Part shown: in pieces, positions 11,621 through 27,255 of the stretch
Layout of the letters: each line of letters begins with the position of its first letter
How positions within the stretch are numbered: the first letter of the stretch is position 1
Assembly: GCA_964016885.1 (NCBI GenBank)
Contig: OZ024742.1
Coordinates: 242,668,001 to 242,732,000, forward strand
DNA from: Eledone cirrhosa
Lineage: Eukaryota
Reading direction: 5' to 3'
DNA length: 64,000 nucleotides
The notes under the pieces: model-generated
The model's input: only the letters and a program-made list of their open reading frames with translations
Database searches by the model: none
What the model was told of the DNA's origin: nothing
Program-made: the position numbers and the translations under genes

Positions 11621-12098
11621 TAGGAGAATATTAATGCAGAACTAATGAGAAATCTGCAGATACTCCTCCCTGACTATACCTTTAGATTTATACCAGTGAT
11701 TATTGGGGCACTGGGATATGTTAGTAACTGCCTCAGTACAAATCCTGAGAGGCTGGGCTTCACAGAAATAGAAAGAACACGACTAGTTAGGAAATAGCAA
11801 GTACAATCCATTAATGGAACAGTAAAAGTATGTAAAACATTCCAAAAACTTCTGCATCAAATAACTGCATATACACATGTACAGATACACAGAATATACA
11901 CATGCATATATATAACTTAAAACATACAGCTCCAAACATATAATAACATCCATACCTGCACACATACATGCATGCAGAAATGCTGACTTATCTACCTAGT
12001 TGATGTTGTGTAAATTTCAATGAGAGAGTCTTGTATCTATGTTAGAAACCGACACTCTTTGTCTATTTGCAAAAATTTGTGAAATTATAAAACCAGAA
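11621..12098 (+). mobile_element. 3' fragment of a second RLE-type family (Dong-B)
   Basis: Matches 14935-15060 and 13080-13540 (..YAELMRNLQIL..PVIIGALG); ends ATAAAACCAGAA followed by (CATA)n. Confidence 0.8.
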
Positions 12099-12291
12099 CA
12101 TACATTCATACATACATACATACATACATACATACATACATACATACATACATACATACATACATACATACATACAAGCATACACGCATACATACATACA
12201 CACATACATACATACATACATACATACATACATACATACATACATACATACATACATACATACATACATACATACATACATACATACATAC

Positions 12292-12322
<31 letters not shown>

Positions 12323-12324
12323 CA

Positions 12325-12895
12325 TGGTGGCTGCCAACTCGTTTTCGTGTACGGCCACTACTTTATATCCATGTAGGAGAACCCCTACCGATGCGCTGAA
12401 CGAGTGTGACTTTTTAGTCCAGCCAGCGACTTGAAAACTCTGGTACAAACACTACACTTGTGACAAATATTGACACATAGTGCTGGGTTTTATATCGGGT
12501 TATCCCAGTTTCCTGAGTTGCCTTCTCCTAGAAGAATGCCCTTAAAAAGGCTCGGGGTCCTTCATTCCCAGTGGTTTAACCTCGTGATCGGATGTCCAAT
12601 CAGACTATTTGTATGTCCCCGTGCATATACATACACATGCAACCATGTATATACACATATATACATATACATACATATGTACATGTGTATATACATATTT
12701 ACACACTTTTGGATGGCCGTTGACTCTTATTAGTTCTTCCAACCTTTGTCGGGTCACTCTTGAGTGCTACTGGTAACATGTAACCCAGTACAACCTGTCG
12801 CATGGTCGGGGCGTCGGCGACTAAACCGGCAACCCCACCAAGTGTAGCGTGATTTTGGACACCCTGCATGACAAAAAGCAAAACCTGACAAAGGA
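12325..12895. mobile_element. Rearranged (5'-inverted) variant of the bipartite RTE derivative
   Basis: 3' part on minus (12325-~12570 and 12706-12750), 5' part on plus (12747-12895); overlap at CCTTTGTC/GACAAAGG. Confidence 0.7.
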
Positions 12896-12986
12896 CATAC
12901 ATACATACATACATACATACATACATACATACATACATACATACATACATACATACATACATACATACATACATACATACATACAT

Positions 12987-13543
12987 GATTATGATATGGG
13001 ACAGGGAGAAGAAAGCATGCACAGTAATGGAAATTAGCTGCCCAGCAGATGCCAATATAATATCAAAGATTAGCGAAAAGGGAAATATTTATGCAGAACT
13101 GATGAGAAATCTGCAGATACTCCACCCTGATGACACCTTCAGATTTATGCCTGTGATTATTGGGGCACTGGGGTATGTTAGTAACTGCCTCAATACAAAT
13201 TTTGAGAAGCTATGCTTCACAGGAACAGAAAGAACACGACTTGTTAGGAGAAATTACAAGTACAATCCATTAATGGAACAGTAAAAATATGTAAAACATT
13301 CCAAAAACTTTGCATCTAATAACTGCATATACACATGTACAGATACAAAGCATATACACACATACAACTCAAAACATCCACATCCACACATACAATAACA
13401 TCCATATCTACACATGCATGCATGCATACATAATCTACCTAGTTGATGTTGTGTAAATTCCAATGAGAGAGTATTGTGTCTATGTTAGAAACCGACTCTC
13501 TCTCTATTGGGAAAAAATTTGTGAAATTATAAAACCAGAAGAA
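12987..13543 (+). mobile_element. 3' fragment of Dong-B
   Basis: IWDREKKACTVMEISCPAD (RLE domain) plus 3' UTR; (CATA)n on both sides. Confidence 0.82.
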
Positions 13544-13604
13544 CATACATACATACATACATACATACATACATACATACATACATACATACATACATAC
13601 ATGT

Positions 13605-15184
13605 GAACCTAACCCCTAATTTCTTTGTGGATGACCTGAAACTCTATGGAAAAACATAAACGGGATGAAGAAAAATCTTAACTTGGTTACGACAGTCTCA
13701 AAGGAGTTTGGCCAGGATAAATGTTGATATATGATTGTAAAGCGAGGAAAAATTACAAGCTAATCTAACATGTTTATCAATGACCTAACTGTTTCACCAA
13801 TATCTGACGAGGACTGCTACAGATACCTGGGGATAGATGAGAATATATCTTATGATGGTATTTGTAACAAAAAACGCGTAACCAAGGAATATTACACCCG
13901 ATTAAGAAAAATATGGTCATCTGAAATCTCTGCACACAATAAAACAGTGGCTCACAATGTTTGCTGTTCTTGTCCTAACAGCAACGTTTGGAATACTCGA
14001 TTGGACGATAGACGAAATCCGAGTAAATGATGTTAAATCCCGTAAAATATCAAACAACAACAGAAACTTCCACATCAACAGTGATATAGATCGCTTCTGC
14101 TTGAAACGTAAGCAGGGAGGCCGAGGCCTAACATCAGTCCAGACAGCATTTAAGTGTCGCATCATATCCCACCGACAACATCTACGACCCTCCAAGTGTA
14201 GGTACCCATCTACTGAGTAAGCCTGTCTACGTGAGACAGATAAGATCATGAGAGTTTGGAAGGAACACCTTCAAAGATACTCCCTGCATGATAATCTAAA
14301 TCTCACACCCAGGAAATTTGCCCAGCAGTACCGCAGTGAATCCATGGATGAAAACTGCATGCTTAATAGCAAAAAAATCATGCATGGATATTTTACCAGG
14401 AAGCTCCAGAGTGAGAGTAATATAGATAAACAAAGTAGTCTATCTTGGACTAACAACCGCTACATTGGCTCCCACTTTGAAGGATATGTTTTTGTGATCC
14501 AAGAAAAGGAAATCAATACAAAATACCTGATTCACAAAAGAGATAGGTTAGCAGGCAAAACATCTAGATGTGACAACAAATGCAGACTCTGCAGAATTAA
14601 CATCGAATATGTCACCCATGTCATAAGCAACCGTCCAAAGATGTTATCATCTTACTATCTACTTATGAGGCATAATGTAGTGGCCAAAACACTCTACAAT
14701 TCAATCCGTAGAAAAATTTAGCCGACAATAAACATATTAAAAGTAACAGCAATGTGGAAGACATAAACATACATAATATGCAAGAGTACTGTTGGAATGT
14801 TCCAGTAAAAACCCCAATAAAATGCAAGCACAACAGACCAGATATTATGATATGGGACAGGGAAAAGAAGTCATGCACAGTAGTGGAAGTTAGCTGCCCA
14901 GCAGACGCCAATATAATATCAATGATTAGCGAAAAGGAGAATATTTATGCAGAACTAATGAGAAATCTGCAGATACTCCACCCTGATTACACCTTCAGAT
15001 TTATGCTTGTGATTAATGGGGCACTGGGATATGTTAGTAACTGCCTCAGCACAAATCTTGAGAAGCACATGCACATGCACACATACAACATGCACACAAA
15101 TAACTCAAAGCATACACATCCACACATACAATAACATTCATACCTGCACACACACAAATTCATAAAATCATAGAACCAGAAGAA
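13605..15184 (+). pseudogene. 5'-truncated, decayed Dong-B element (RT end, CCHC, RLE)
   Basis: FFVDDLKLY, YRYLGI, RKQGGRGL, CRLC..HV, RHN, HNRPDIMIWD..VEVSCP in broken frames; begins right after (CATA)n. Confidence 0.85.
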
Positions 15185-15506
15185 CAGACATACATGCATG
15201 CATACATAATCACAAACAGGAAGCCTCATATATGTATTCAAAGTTATACCTGTATATATACAGAGTAGGTTACCGAGACTGTGCGAATGTGGAGATAAAT
15301 ATGCCTATTTTTTACTATGAATACATTTTTTACAGGAAACTTCGTATTTTCTCGCATGTTTACATGTCTACATATTTAGAAAGTGTGTATATTTATATAC
15401 ACATTGATGTAGTCCCGGTTACCCTCTCTCTATATATATACAGATATAAATTTATCGTACACTTCGTCTGCTTAGCGTATTTCTTAATATAAATATACAT
15501 ATATAC

Positions 15507-15537
<31 letters not shown>

Positions 15538-16139
15538 TATTGGAAAATGTGTGTAATCCTTGGTACAGTTAGGTATATTAAGACAGGGGGGAAGAAAAAA
15601 ATGGCTTCACTTGTGCTTTCAACAAATTTATTTTCTTCACAAAATCCAAAAAGAATTTTTTTCCGGATTAGAAAAAATTTTCTTGAAAAAATTTTTTTTA
15701 TAAATTAAGTTGTTGGTTGTTGGTTAGGTCTTAGGAGTTCTTGGTTAACGTAGGAGGTATTGTTTCGTTTTTAGAAAGACCTTTCACGCTGAGGTGCGCT
15801 TGTCAAACTGATGTGTATGTGGTGTGTTGTTCTATATATAGGGATTTAACATGTCTGTGGTGTGGTGGGGGGGTTTCTCCCCCTTTAATAAGTGTAGGGG
15901 TGTAGGTGTGTTGAAAAAATGTTAATAGCAGTAATGAGTTGAGACAGTGAGTAGGGTTGGGTGGGGAGAAATGTAGCAAGTGCGGCCTGCCCCGGTCATT
16001 CTCGAAAAATTCATTTATTCAGAGGAAAAAGCTTTTAGTATTCCTTTGTGTCGAGAATGGTCATAGGCAAACCGCACCTGCCAAGCTTGTAAACAATTAT
16101 TTTTTTCTGAAGAATTTTTCTACGTCCATCCCAAAATTA

Positions 16140-17077
<938 letters not shown>

Positions 17078-17268
17078 GGTTTGAGGTTCACCACTGTATA
17101 GAGCTGGTCTATTCCGTATGGTCAATCGTAATGCAATAATATAGAGAGTACTCAACGTAAAGCAGTTCAACCGTCTTTGTTTTTGTAGTTGGTGTTGCTA
17201 TTACGGAGTTAAATATTATAATGAAATGACAGGAGGCTGGATTTGTGTAAATCCTTGAAAGGTTTATT

Positions 17269-17326
17269 ATACTATGATCATTTCAATGACCGGGTTCCGT
17301 ATGAATCCGGTGATATCATCAGGTAT
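17269..17326 (-). ncRNA. Minimal type I hammerhead ribozyme
   Basis: Reverse complement of 18104-18161. Confidence 0.8.
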
Positions 17327-18103
17327 TCGAAATATAATACGTGAATGTAATAGGTAAAATCCATGGGGCTGAAAATCGGGACCCGAGGGCGACCGCTATT
17401 CTGTTCCTTCAACCTCAGCCGGTCGCCCTGGAGTGACGTGGCTAAATTTTATAGTATGCTACTACCGGTCAGATGAACGAAAACAGAAAGAGATGGGAGC
17501 ATAGGTTAACGTCGATCCCATGACACAAGGTAAAAGAAAGAAAGAAAGGAAGGAGAAGAAGGGGGGAAGAAAGAAGAAGAGAAGTCAGGGTTAATGTCAG
17601 CTAAAAGAGGAAGGTAACTACTACTGGTCAGATATAGGCAAGCAAGAGGGGGAAGGAAGATAAGTCTGCGGGAGGAGGAGAGGAGAGAAGGAAGGGAAGA
17701 GAGAAGTAGAAAAGTAAGGGTTGATGGCTACAAGAAGGAAGATAGAAAGGAAGAGGAAGAAAGGTCGATATTAATGTCAGACCACAGTCAAGCCAGGAGT
17801 GGCGCGAGAAAATTTTCACAGGGACCCGCATCTTAGCGGAGGTGAATATATTGGGAGTCAGTGTTTTACAGTGTTTAGACTTCTAGGATGAAGTTAAAAC
17901 AATTTAATAATCAATATTCAATATTAAAGAGGTTAGAAAATTTAAAGTTCAACAGTTTAACAATTAATTATATAATAGTTCCGATTTGTTCTGTAATTTA
18001 AAGGTATTATTTGGCGGTTAAAACAACGGCCGCGCCCCGGGCCCCGGGTCCCGATTTTCAGCCCCATGGATTTTACCTATTACATTCACGTATTATATTT
18101 CGA

Positions 18104-18161
18104 ATACCTGATGATATCACCGGATTCATACGGAACCCGGTCATTGAAATGATCATAGTAT
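18104..18161 (+). ncRNA. Minimal type I hammerhead ribozyme
   Basis: ATAC-CTGATGA-stem II (ACCGG/CCGGT)-GAAA-palindromic TGATCA-TA-GTAT. Confidence 0.82.
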
Positions 18162-18209
18162 AATAAACCTTTCAAGGATTTACACAAATCCAGCCTCCTG
18201 TCATTTCAT

Positions 18210-18250
<41 letters not shown>

Positions 18251-18364
18251 TGCTACTGTACGTCTGTATACATATATGTATGTACGTATACACACATACT
18301 TACATTTAAGTAAGTGCCATACTAAGAGTGAGAAATGAAATTTCGTTTTCATTTTATTTCAACT

Positions 18365-18438
<74 letters not shown>

Positions 18439-19257
18439 CACACACATACATACACATATATATATATGTGTACACACAAGCACATAAAGACACATATATA
18501 CATATATATATACATATATACATATATATACATACATCTACATACATACATACATATATGTACACACATATATACATATATGCACATACATACACACACA
18601 CACATATATAGATACATACATATACATATACACACATATAAACATATATCTATATTTAGCTCTGGACATAGCTATCCACCAGTTAATTTTATTGCTCATT
18701 TTTTGTCGATTCTATTGAGTGATGAATAGCTCCTGTTTTATTTTAACATGTCTATTGAGCACCTTTATTCGATATGTGTATTTCCACATTTTCTCGAATA
18801 GTTTTCGCGGATGTAGAGGTTATCTCCCTTGCCGAATTCCATGTGCGTATTTAGCCTGGGTTAAGCCATCTTATCCGTTCGGACGAAGCTCGTTGAAGAA
18901 GTAAATTTCCTGTCCCCTGAATTCTAGAAGTCTTATATATTTATATGTGAGGTGATAGAGTACAGTCTAAGGATTTACAGAAACCCAAGAAGCTAGATTT
19001 AACACCTTTCTAGTGGGTCCGGGTATGATTTTACATTCATTTAAATTATTAATTTATTGATATTTTTTTATCTGAGTGTCCCGAATCTTCCGTTATCGAT
19101 TTTTTCGATCGTGCGGTTGATTATAGACTTGTTCTATGTGTGACGGTATTTTAACGATAGTTATAGCTCTGATTTATTTAAATCAGCGAGCACTCTGCCG
19201 CTCATATCGAATTTTGTTTATCGTGAACTCGTGCGCCGATTTTTCGATACTCGATCA

Positions 19258-19969
<712 letters not shown>

Positions 19970-20215
19970 TATATACACATATATACACATACACATATAC
20001 ATACACACATACACACATACATATATATATATATACACATACATACATACATACACACATATATATATATATACATACACATACATACACACATATACAC
20101 ACATACACATACATACATACATACATATACATACACATATACATATATATATATACACACACATACACATACACACATATACACATACATACATACATAC
20201 ATACATATACATATA

Positions 20216-20825
20216 TGGTGGCTGCCAACTCGTTTTCGAGTACGGCCACTACTTTATATTCATGTAGGGGAACCCCTACCGATGCGCTGAACGAGTGTGA
20301 CTTTTGAGTCCAGCCAGCGACTTGAAAACTCTGGTACAAACACTACACTTGTGACAATTATTGACACATAGTGCTTTGACTTTGGTACCATGTGACGACA
20401 AGTGCAGAGAGATCTCCAGATATAAAGCAATGCCTGTGCCGTGAAGCTTTTATAGTGAGCAAAGGCACTGCACAAAGCCAGTCCCACTCTCTTAACCAAG
20501 ATGATATTTACCAAAAAGAAGAACAAGTCAACATCATTGGATACCATCAGGGTTGCAGGTGTTATATCAGAGTTTTCCTTCTCCTAGAATTCTGCCTTGA
20601 CAAAGGCTAAGGGGTCATCTCTCCCAGTGATTTTGGATGGCCATTGACTCTTAAGAGCTCCTTTGCCCTTTGACAGGTTTTGTTTTTAGTCCTGCAGGAT
20701 GTCCAAAGTCACCCTCCTCACCAAGAAACCTTGGTGGGGTTGCCAGTTTAGTCGCCAACGACCCGACCATGAGACAGGTTGTACTGGGATACATGTTACC
20801 AGTAGCACCAAGTGGTGACCTGACA
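20216..20825 (-). mobile_element. Non-autonomous bipartite RTE derivative (~610 bp)
   Basis: Structured 5' end, CTAGGAGAAGGAAAACTCTGA motif, RTE C-terminal remnant, (AT) tail. Confidence 0.78.
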
Positions 20826-20901
20826 TAATATATATATATATATATATACAAACATACACATACATACATATACATATACATATACATATATATACACACA
20901 T

Positions 20902-20944
<43 letters not shown>

Positions 20945-21055
20945 TACAAACATACACACATCCATACATATATATACACACACATACACACACCCACATA
21001 CATATATACCCACACGTACATACATCCATACATACCTACACATATATATGTGTGT

Positions 21056-21905
21056 GTCTCACCGTTCACTCAGATATTCATGTGTATACATAAGAAGAAG
21101 GGGGGGGCGGTAGTGAAATGGAATTTTACCTCCGAGTGTTAATTCATTTTTTCGTGTTCAGTCGTGGTTTAAATTTTTCAATGAAGAATTCTTCTTTATA
21201 TCTGCGGAAATGTCCGTTATCCGACCATATCTTGAAGAAAGGGAAGATTGTGAATTTTCCCTTCCCGCATGATGCAAAGTGTGCGCTACATGTGGTATTT
21301 CTGACTGTGGGGTCTTTAATTTGTTGTTTATGTACCCGGACTCTATCATGTAGTCCCGTTCCGGCTTCCCCAATGTAATACTCTTTACACTGTGGACATG
21401 TTGCGCAATATATTAGGTTTTTCGTTTTGCAGTTCATGTTTGCATTGACCTTGAAATTATCATGATTTTTGAAGGACAACTGTTTGCCCTCTTCGATGAC
21501 TTCACAGGTTCCACATCTAGGGTCCCCGCATTTCGTCACTTGCATTGATTCCATGTTGGTCGTAAATTTTGCCTTGGTATTTAGTTTTTTAAGGTTGGGT
21601 GCTTGGCGTCTGCTATAAATTATCTGTGTGTTTTTTAAGAATGCATTCATTTTGGTAGATTGCTGTAGTATCGGGAGATACTGCTTAGCAGTTTTCACAA
21701 TGTTGATGTTCCCTGGGTTGTGAGTGATGACAAAAGAGATAGCAGGGTTTTCTTTTTTATGTTGTGGGTTTGGTTTTTCTCAGTGTTGTTATTGGGATGT
21801 TCTTAGCCTTGGAGATGGCTGCGTTGATGAGTTTCATCGGGTATTCTTGTTTTTTAATGAATTTTTTCAGGTCACATAATCTTTTTTCTTGTAGTACGGG
21901 GTGTG
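21056..21905 (-). mobile_element. 5'-truncated Penelope-like element (GIY-YIG end; Neptune-like)
   Basis: ORF 21144-21698: RRQAPNLKKL, CGDPRCGTC, CKTKNLIYCATCPQC..YIGE..RVRVH..EEFFI..LN; flanked by TA/CA repeats. Confidence 0.88.
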
Positions 21906-21967
21906 TTATATATATATATGTATATATATAATATATAAGATCAAAAGATGGTTAAAAGAGCTCCATG

Positions 21968-22038
21968 TATTTTATTATGCGCATTTCAAAAACAAATATC
22001 ATCATGCAATAACATTTGCGTTTTCGTCAGATAAAATA
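21968..22038 (-). ncRNA. Minimal hammerhead ribozyme (inverted pLTR copy)
   Basis: Reverse complement of 22822-22892. Confidence 0.82.
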
Positions 22039-22821
22039 GGGAGACATGATATGAAGGTTAAAAAACACTTGTGAATAGTGCAGTTTTAAATCAACATATG
22101 AAAAGTAGTTTTAGATTGATGTGTCATATTGGGAAAAAGAATTGAGGGGTGGGGGGAAGGATGAAAAAGAGGAGGAGATGAGAGCAAAAAGTGGAGGGAT
22201 AGGAGTATAATGAGGAAGGATGAGATAGGAGGAGAGATGGCTGATAGAGAGAGAGAGATAGCTTTTATAACTGAGAAAAATATATTGTTTTACATAGAGA
22301 GGTTAAAAAACCGTTGGAAGATAATATATAAATTGAAAGAATTTGAAACTTAACGAAGAGAAAAATTTTAGAATAATGTTAAATTAAGGTTTGTATATTG
22401 AAGGGTTTAATAATATGTGCGATGAAAAGAAATTGTTAATATGTATTAAGAATAATATTTAAGGGTTTAATATGTGCGATGGAAAGAAATTGTTGATATG
22501 TATTATTAAAAAATATAAAAATATAACAATAGTAATGTAATTAAGGATATATTGTGAAAAGAAGTAGAAGAGTGGATGAATAAGTGTAATATGTATCTCA
22601 CTCTCTCTATCACCCATCTCTCCTCCTATCTCATCCTTCCTCATTATACTCCTCCCCTCCACTTTTTACTCTCATCTCCTCCTCTTTTTCATCCTTTCCA
22701 CCCCACCCACACCCCTCAATTTTTTTCCCAATATCACATATCAATCTAAAACTACTTCTCATATGTTGATTTAAAACTGCACTATTCACAAGTGTTTTTT
22801 AACCTTCATATCATGTCTCCC

Positions 22822-22892
22822 TATTTTATCTGACGAAAACGCAAATGTTATTGCATGATGATATTTGTTTTTGAAATGCGCATAATAAAATA
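22822..22892 (+). ncRNA. Minimal type I hammerhead ribozyme in 5' pLTR
   Basis: TATTTTAT-CTGACGA-stem II (CAAAT/ATTTG)-GAAA-palindromic TGCGCA-TA-ATAAAATA. Confidence 0.85.
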
Positions 22893-23098
22893 CATGGAAC
22901 TCTGTTAACCATCTTTTGATCTTATATATTATTTATACTCCATTCCTACAAACTGTAGAGTGCTACTTATCCGATATCTGCATTGCTTTATTGTACTACA
23001 ATAAAACTCACCTCCTACATTAACTTGCTCCTTAACGGTTGAGCGTTAACTCTCATATTGGATACCTTTTGATGGTCCTTTACTTTTTCTTCTACAAC

Positions 23099-25497
23099 AT
23101 GGATTATTACAACTTAACCACTTCAACTAAAGACATTCCTATACCTGGTAAATCTGAATTCACCAAACTTCTAATTGAAAAAACTGACTCCTTAGATGCA
23201 TAGCTTATTTCTATGACCAGCGCCTAAAAGGGAATTTCTATACCAAGGAACATAACTTCCTCGATCATTTATTTAATTCTAGAAGAAATCCTCCTTCCAA
23301 CAAAAATCTAGTGCAATTCGAGGAGGAGTTAACAAACATTATTAAAAATCTTAAATTCAAGAGAAACCCTTACAGAGGACAAGAGCTCCTTGTAAATCTC
23401 AAGAACACAATTTCAAACCTAAATTCCTCAAAAAATGTTTTAGTCCACTCTGACAAAACAAATAATTTATATGGTATTTCTAAGGATAACTATAACAACC
23501 TTATCCTAAAGGAACTTAGGAAAAAATATCGCAAAACCAACCATGATAATTTAGAATCCATAAACTTTGAAGCTTCTGAGATTATGTCAAAACTTGGCAT
23601 CGGAAAAAAAACCGAACCATTCCTCCCAAGAACTCCGAGGATAAATCTCAAGGATCACAAAAACAATTTACGTACTGAACTACCTGTTAGACTAATCGCC
23701 CCCTCTAAATCAGATATGGGGGTTGTTAGCAAAGCCATCTTGGATAGAATTATCCCACACGTTCGTTCTAATTGCTCTTCTTTGAACTTAAATTTATAGT
23801 TTGGTATTTCTGAAGTGATTGGCTGGTTCAACAAATTGAATAAGAAAAATAAACAAAAATGTATTCAATTTGATATTGCCAGCTACTATTCTTCTATTTC
23901 GCCCTCACTTCTCAACAATGCTCTATCTTTCGCTTACAAATATTCAGACATCACCACAGATGAACTTCACATCATTCTCACCGCACGTAAAACCATCCTA
24001 GAGTTCAACAATGAATATTGGACCAGAGCTGATACCTCTAACAACTTTGTCATCTCAATGGGAGCATCCGATTCATCCCAATTGACAGATTTAATTGATA
24101 TCTTTATTTTGAACTCTTTGAATCGGAAAATTCCTCAACTCCGCGGTGGAATTTATCGTGACGATGGACTCTTTACTATCTTAAATTGCAACATAGTTCA
24201 TATTATTAAGAACAATATTATTAAGAACAATATACGTAATCTCTTTAACCAACATAACTTAAAAATTGAATTTGATAACAGCATCAAACTAGCTAATTTT
24301 TTGGGTGTATCTCTTAATCTGGACACTGGCCTATATTACCCTTACCATAAAAACAATGAGAACCTAAATTATGTTAATTTTAAATCTAACCACCCCACTA
24401 ATATTAAGGATGCTATAGTTAGTAATATTGGAAAAAGAATATCCAACCTATCTTCTAATAAAAACATCTTTGATGCTAACGCCAATTACTATAATAACGC
24501 GCTTTCTAAAGCCGGTTATCCTGATAAAATCAAATATAGTAAAGAAGCAAATTCTAGAAGATCTTACAGTAGAATAATTAATCATGATCATTCCAATAAC
24601 TTTAATAAAAGACCTAGATACAAAAACATAATCAGGTATAATGTTCCTTTCTCCATCTCTATTAATAATAATATTCCTAAATTATTCTTTAGTGCCTTAA
24701 ATAAATACTTCCCTCCCTCACATATCTATAGTAAAATATTTAACAAACACACTATAAAATTTTCCTATTAGACCTCCTCCATCATCTCCAACATTATCTC
24801 TAAACACAACAATAAAATACTAAATACTAAATCTCTTCCTTCCAACACTGAATATCATAATAATAGTAATAGTAGTCCCGACGTCATTGTTAACTCTAGG
24901 CTAATTTCTGCAAACCCAAATACAACGTCAAAGACAACTTCGTTACATATTCTTAATCCCATTCTAAATCAAGAAACTATTATTCCTATCGTAAATAACT
25001 TCTCCAATCCAATTCCTTCTATAGATAACACTAGGTCACTTGTTAATAACTCTGTTAATTTCTCTAATCGCAATTGTAATTGCCCTGTTAAAAATAGATG
25101 TCCTCTCAACAACCATTGTCTTGAAAAAAACTTAATCTACGAATGTAACGTTATAACTGACACCAATTCCTTTACCTATTTTGGCTCCAACTTCCACCTC
25201 CTTTAAAGTTCGTCTTTATAATCATCATTCGTCTTTTAAATACCAACTTAAAAGAACCAACACGGCACTCTCAGAACTCATATGGTCCTTGAAAGACAAA
25301 AATATTAACTATAACATCTCTTGGGGGGAGGTTTGTTCTGCTTGAATGGTTCTCTATCCAAGACATGCGATCTCTGTTGTTTATGTGAAAAATTTACCAT
25401 TATATCTAATTTAGATTCTATAATAAATAGACGCACTGACTTGTTTTCTCTCTGCTTGCATAAATTCCACAGAACATTCCATAAAGTACACAGCTAA
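23099..25497 (+). pseudogene. PLE RT + GIY-YIG ORF, disrupted
   Basis: SDKT, LKDHK, PVRLI, FDIASYYSSI, GIYRDDGL, YVNFKSNHP, CNC..CPL..C..NLIYEC..YFGS, C.LC. Confidence 0.88.
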
Positions 25498-26464
25498 TAT
25501 CTAATATTTTACCAATTTAAAATCCTTTTCTCAAAGGCACATATATATATACATATATATTTCTTTAAAAATATACCCATCTTTCTACCTTATTTCAATG
25601 TTATTTATTATACATTATATAATACTAGTTACTCATTCTATATCACTCCTATTTATCACTTCCCTTTCTTTCTTTTTTCCTTTTTTCTTTTCTTTTTTTC
25701 TTTTTCTTTTAATTTATAACCTCTAATCTGTACTTTTTTTTCCTAGATACTTCTCAATTCTCATTATTACTCAGCACAATATATCCTTACTTCATAATAT
25801 CACCTTGAAAAAATCCTTCGTAAACATAAACATTTTTTTGACGTTAGATTATTCATCCTCAATATTCATTATTTTTTTCTCCCTTTCATGCTCATCTAAC
25901 TTATACATATTACGCTTATTCATCCACTCTTCTACTTCTTTTCACAATATATCCTTAATTACATTACTATTGTTATATTTTTATGTTTTTTAATAATACA
26001 TATCAACAATTTCTTTCCATCGCACATAGTATTAAACCCTTAAATATTATTCTTAATACATATTAACAATTTCTTTTCATCGCACGTATTATTAAACCCT
26101 TCAATATACAAACCTTAATTTAACATTATTCTAAAATTTTTCTCTTCGTTAAGTTTCAAATTCTTTTAATTTATATATTATCTTCCAACGGTTTTTTTAA
26201 CCTCTCTATGTAAAACAATATATTTTTCTCAGTTATAAAAGCTATCTCTCTCTCTCTATCACCCATCTCTCCTCCTATCGCATCCTTCCTCATTATACAC
26301 CTCCCCCTTCACTTTTTACTCTCATCTCCTCCTCTTTTTCATCCTTTCCCCCCACCCCTCAATTTTTTTGCCAATATCACACATCAATCTAAAACTACTT
26401 TTCATATGTTGATTTAAAACTGCACTATTCACAAGTGTTTTTTAACCTTCATATCATGTCTCCC

Positions 26465-26535
26465 TATTTTATCTGACGAAAACGCAAATGTTATTGCATG
26501 ATGATATTTGTTTTTGAAATGCGCATAATAAAATA
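26465..26535 (+). ncRNA. Minimal type I hammerhead ribozyme in 3' pLTR
   Basis: Identical to 22822-22892. Confidence 0.85.
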
Positions 26536-26658
26536 CATGGAACTCTTTTAACCATCTTTTGATCTTATATATTATTTATACTCCAGTCCTACAAACTGTA
26601 GAGTGCTGCTTATCCGATATCTGCATTGCTTTATTGTACTACAATAAAACTCACCTCC

Positions 26659-26958
<300 letters not shown>

Positions 26959-27255
26959 GTGTATATATATATATATATATTGTTATACTTTGGAAGGGTC
27001 ATGTTGCCAATAAGAAACACACGCACCAGTTGCTTTCACTTCAATTTATTATAATAGATTTATAAATTTAGGAATTTATAAATTTCCGGTTGGTTGGTTG
27101 GTTCCACAACCAGATGGTTGTTTATATATTGTGAAAGTTCTTTCGTCACACATTCTGTGACCTCTTCAGTGACTGGGATTCTTTTCTTTGTTTTTGTACC
27201 TCTCCTTTGTTCTGTCCTACGCCATCTTGTTTCTGTCTGTGTGTTGTGTGCTCAG

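Larger units (their letters stand above)
17075..18212. mobile_element. ORF-less Penelope-type pseudo-LTR element with inverted HHR-bearing repeat
   Basis: 17217-17385 is the reverse complement of 18045-18212; (TA)n on both sides. Confidence 0.7.
21928..26661 (+). mobile_element. Penelope-like element with inverted 5' pLTR and direct pLTRs (tentatively Nematis-like)
   Basis: 21928-22596 inverted versus 25903-26574; 22596-23018 direct versus 26244-26661; (TA)n flanks. Confidence 0.9.

Noticed and set aside
15545-16135. Possible highly decayed PLE 3' end on minus
   Set aside because: Motifs too eroded to support a call
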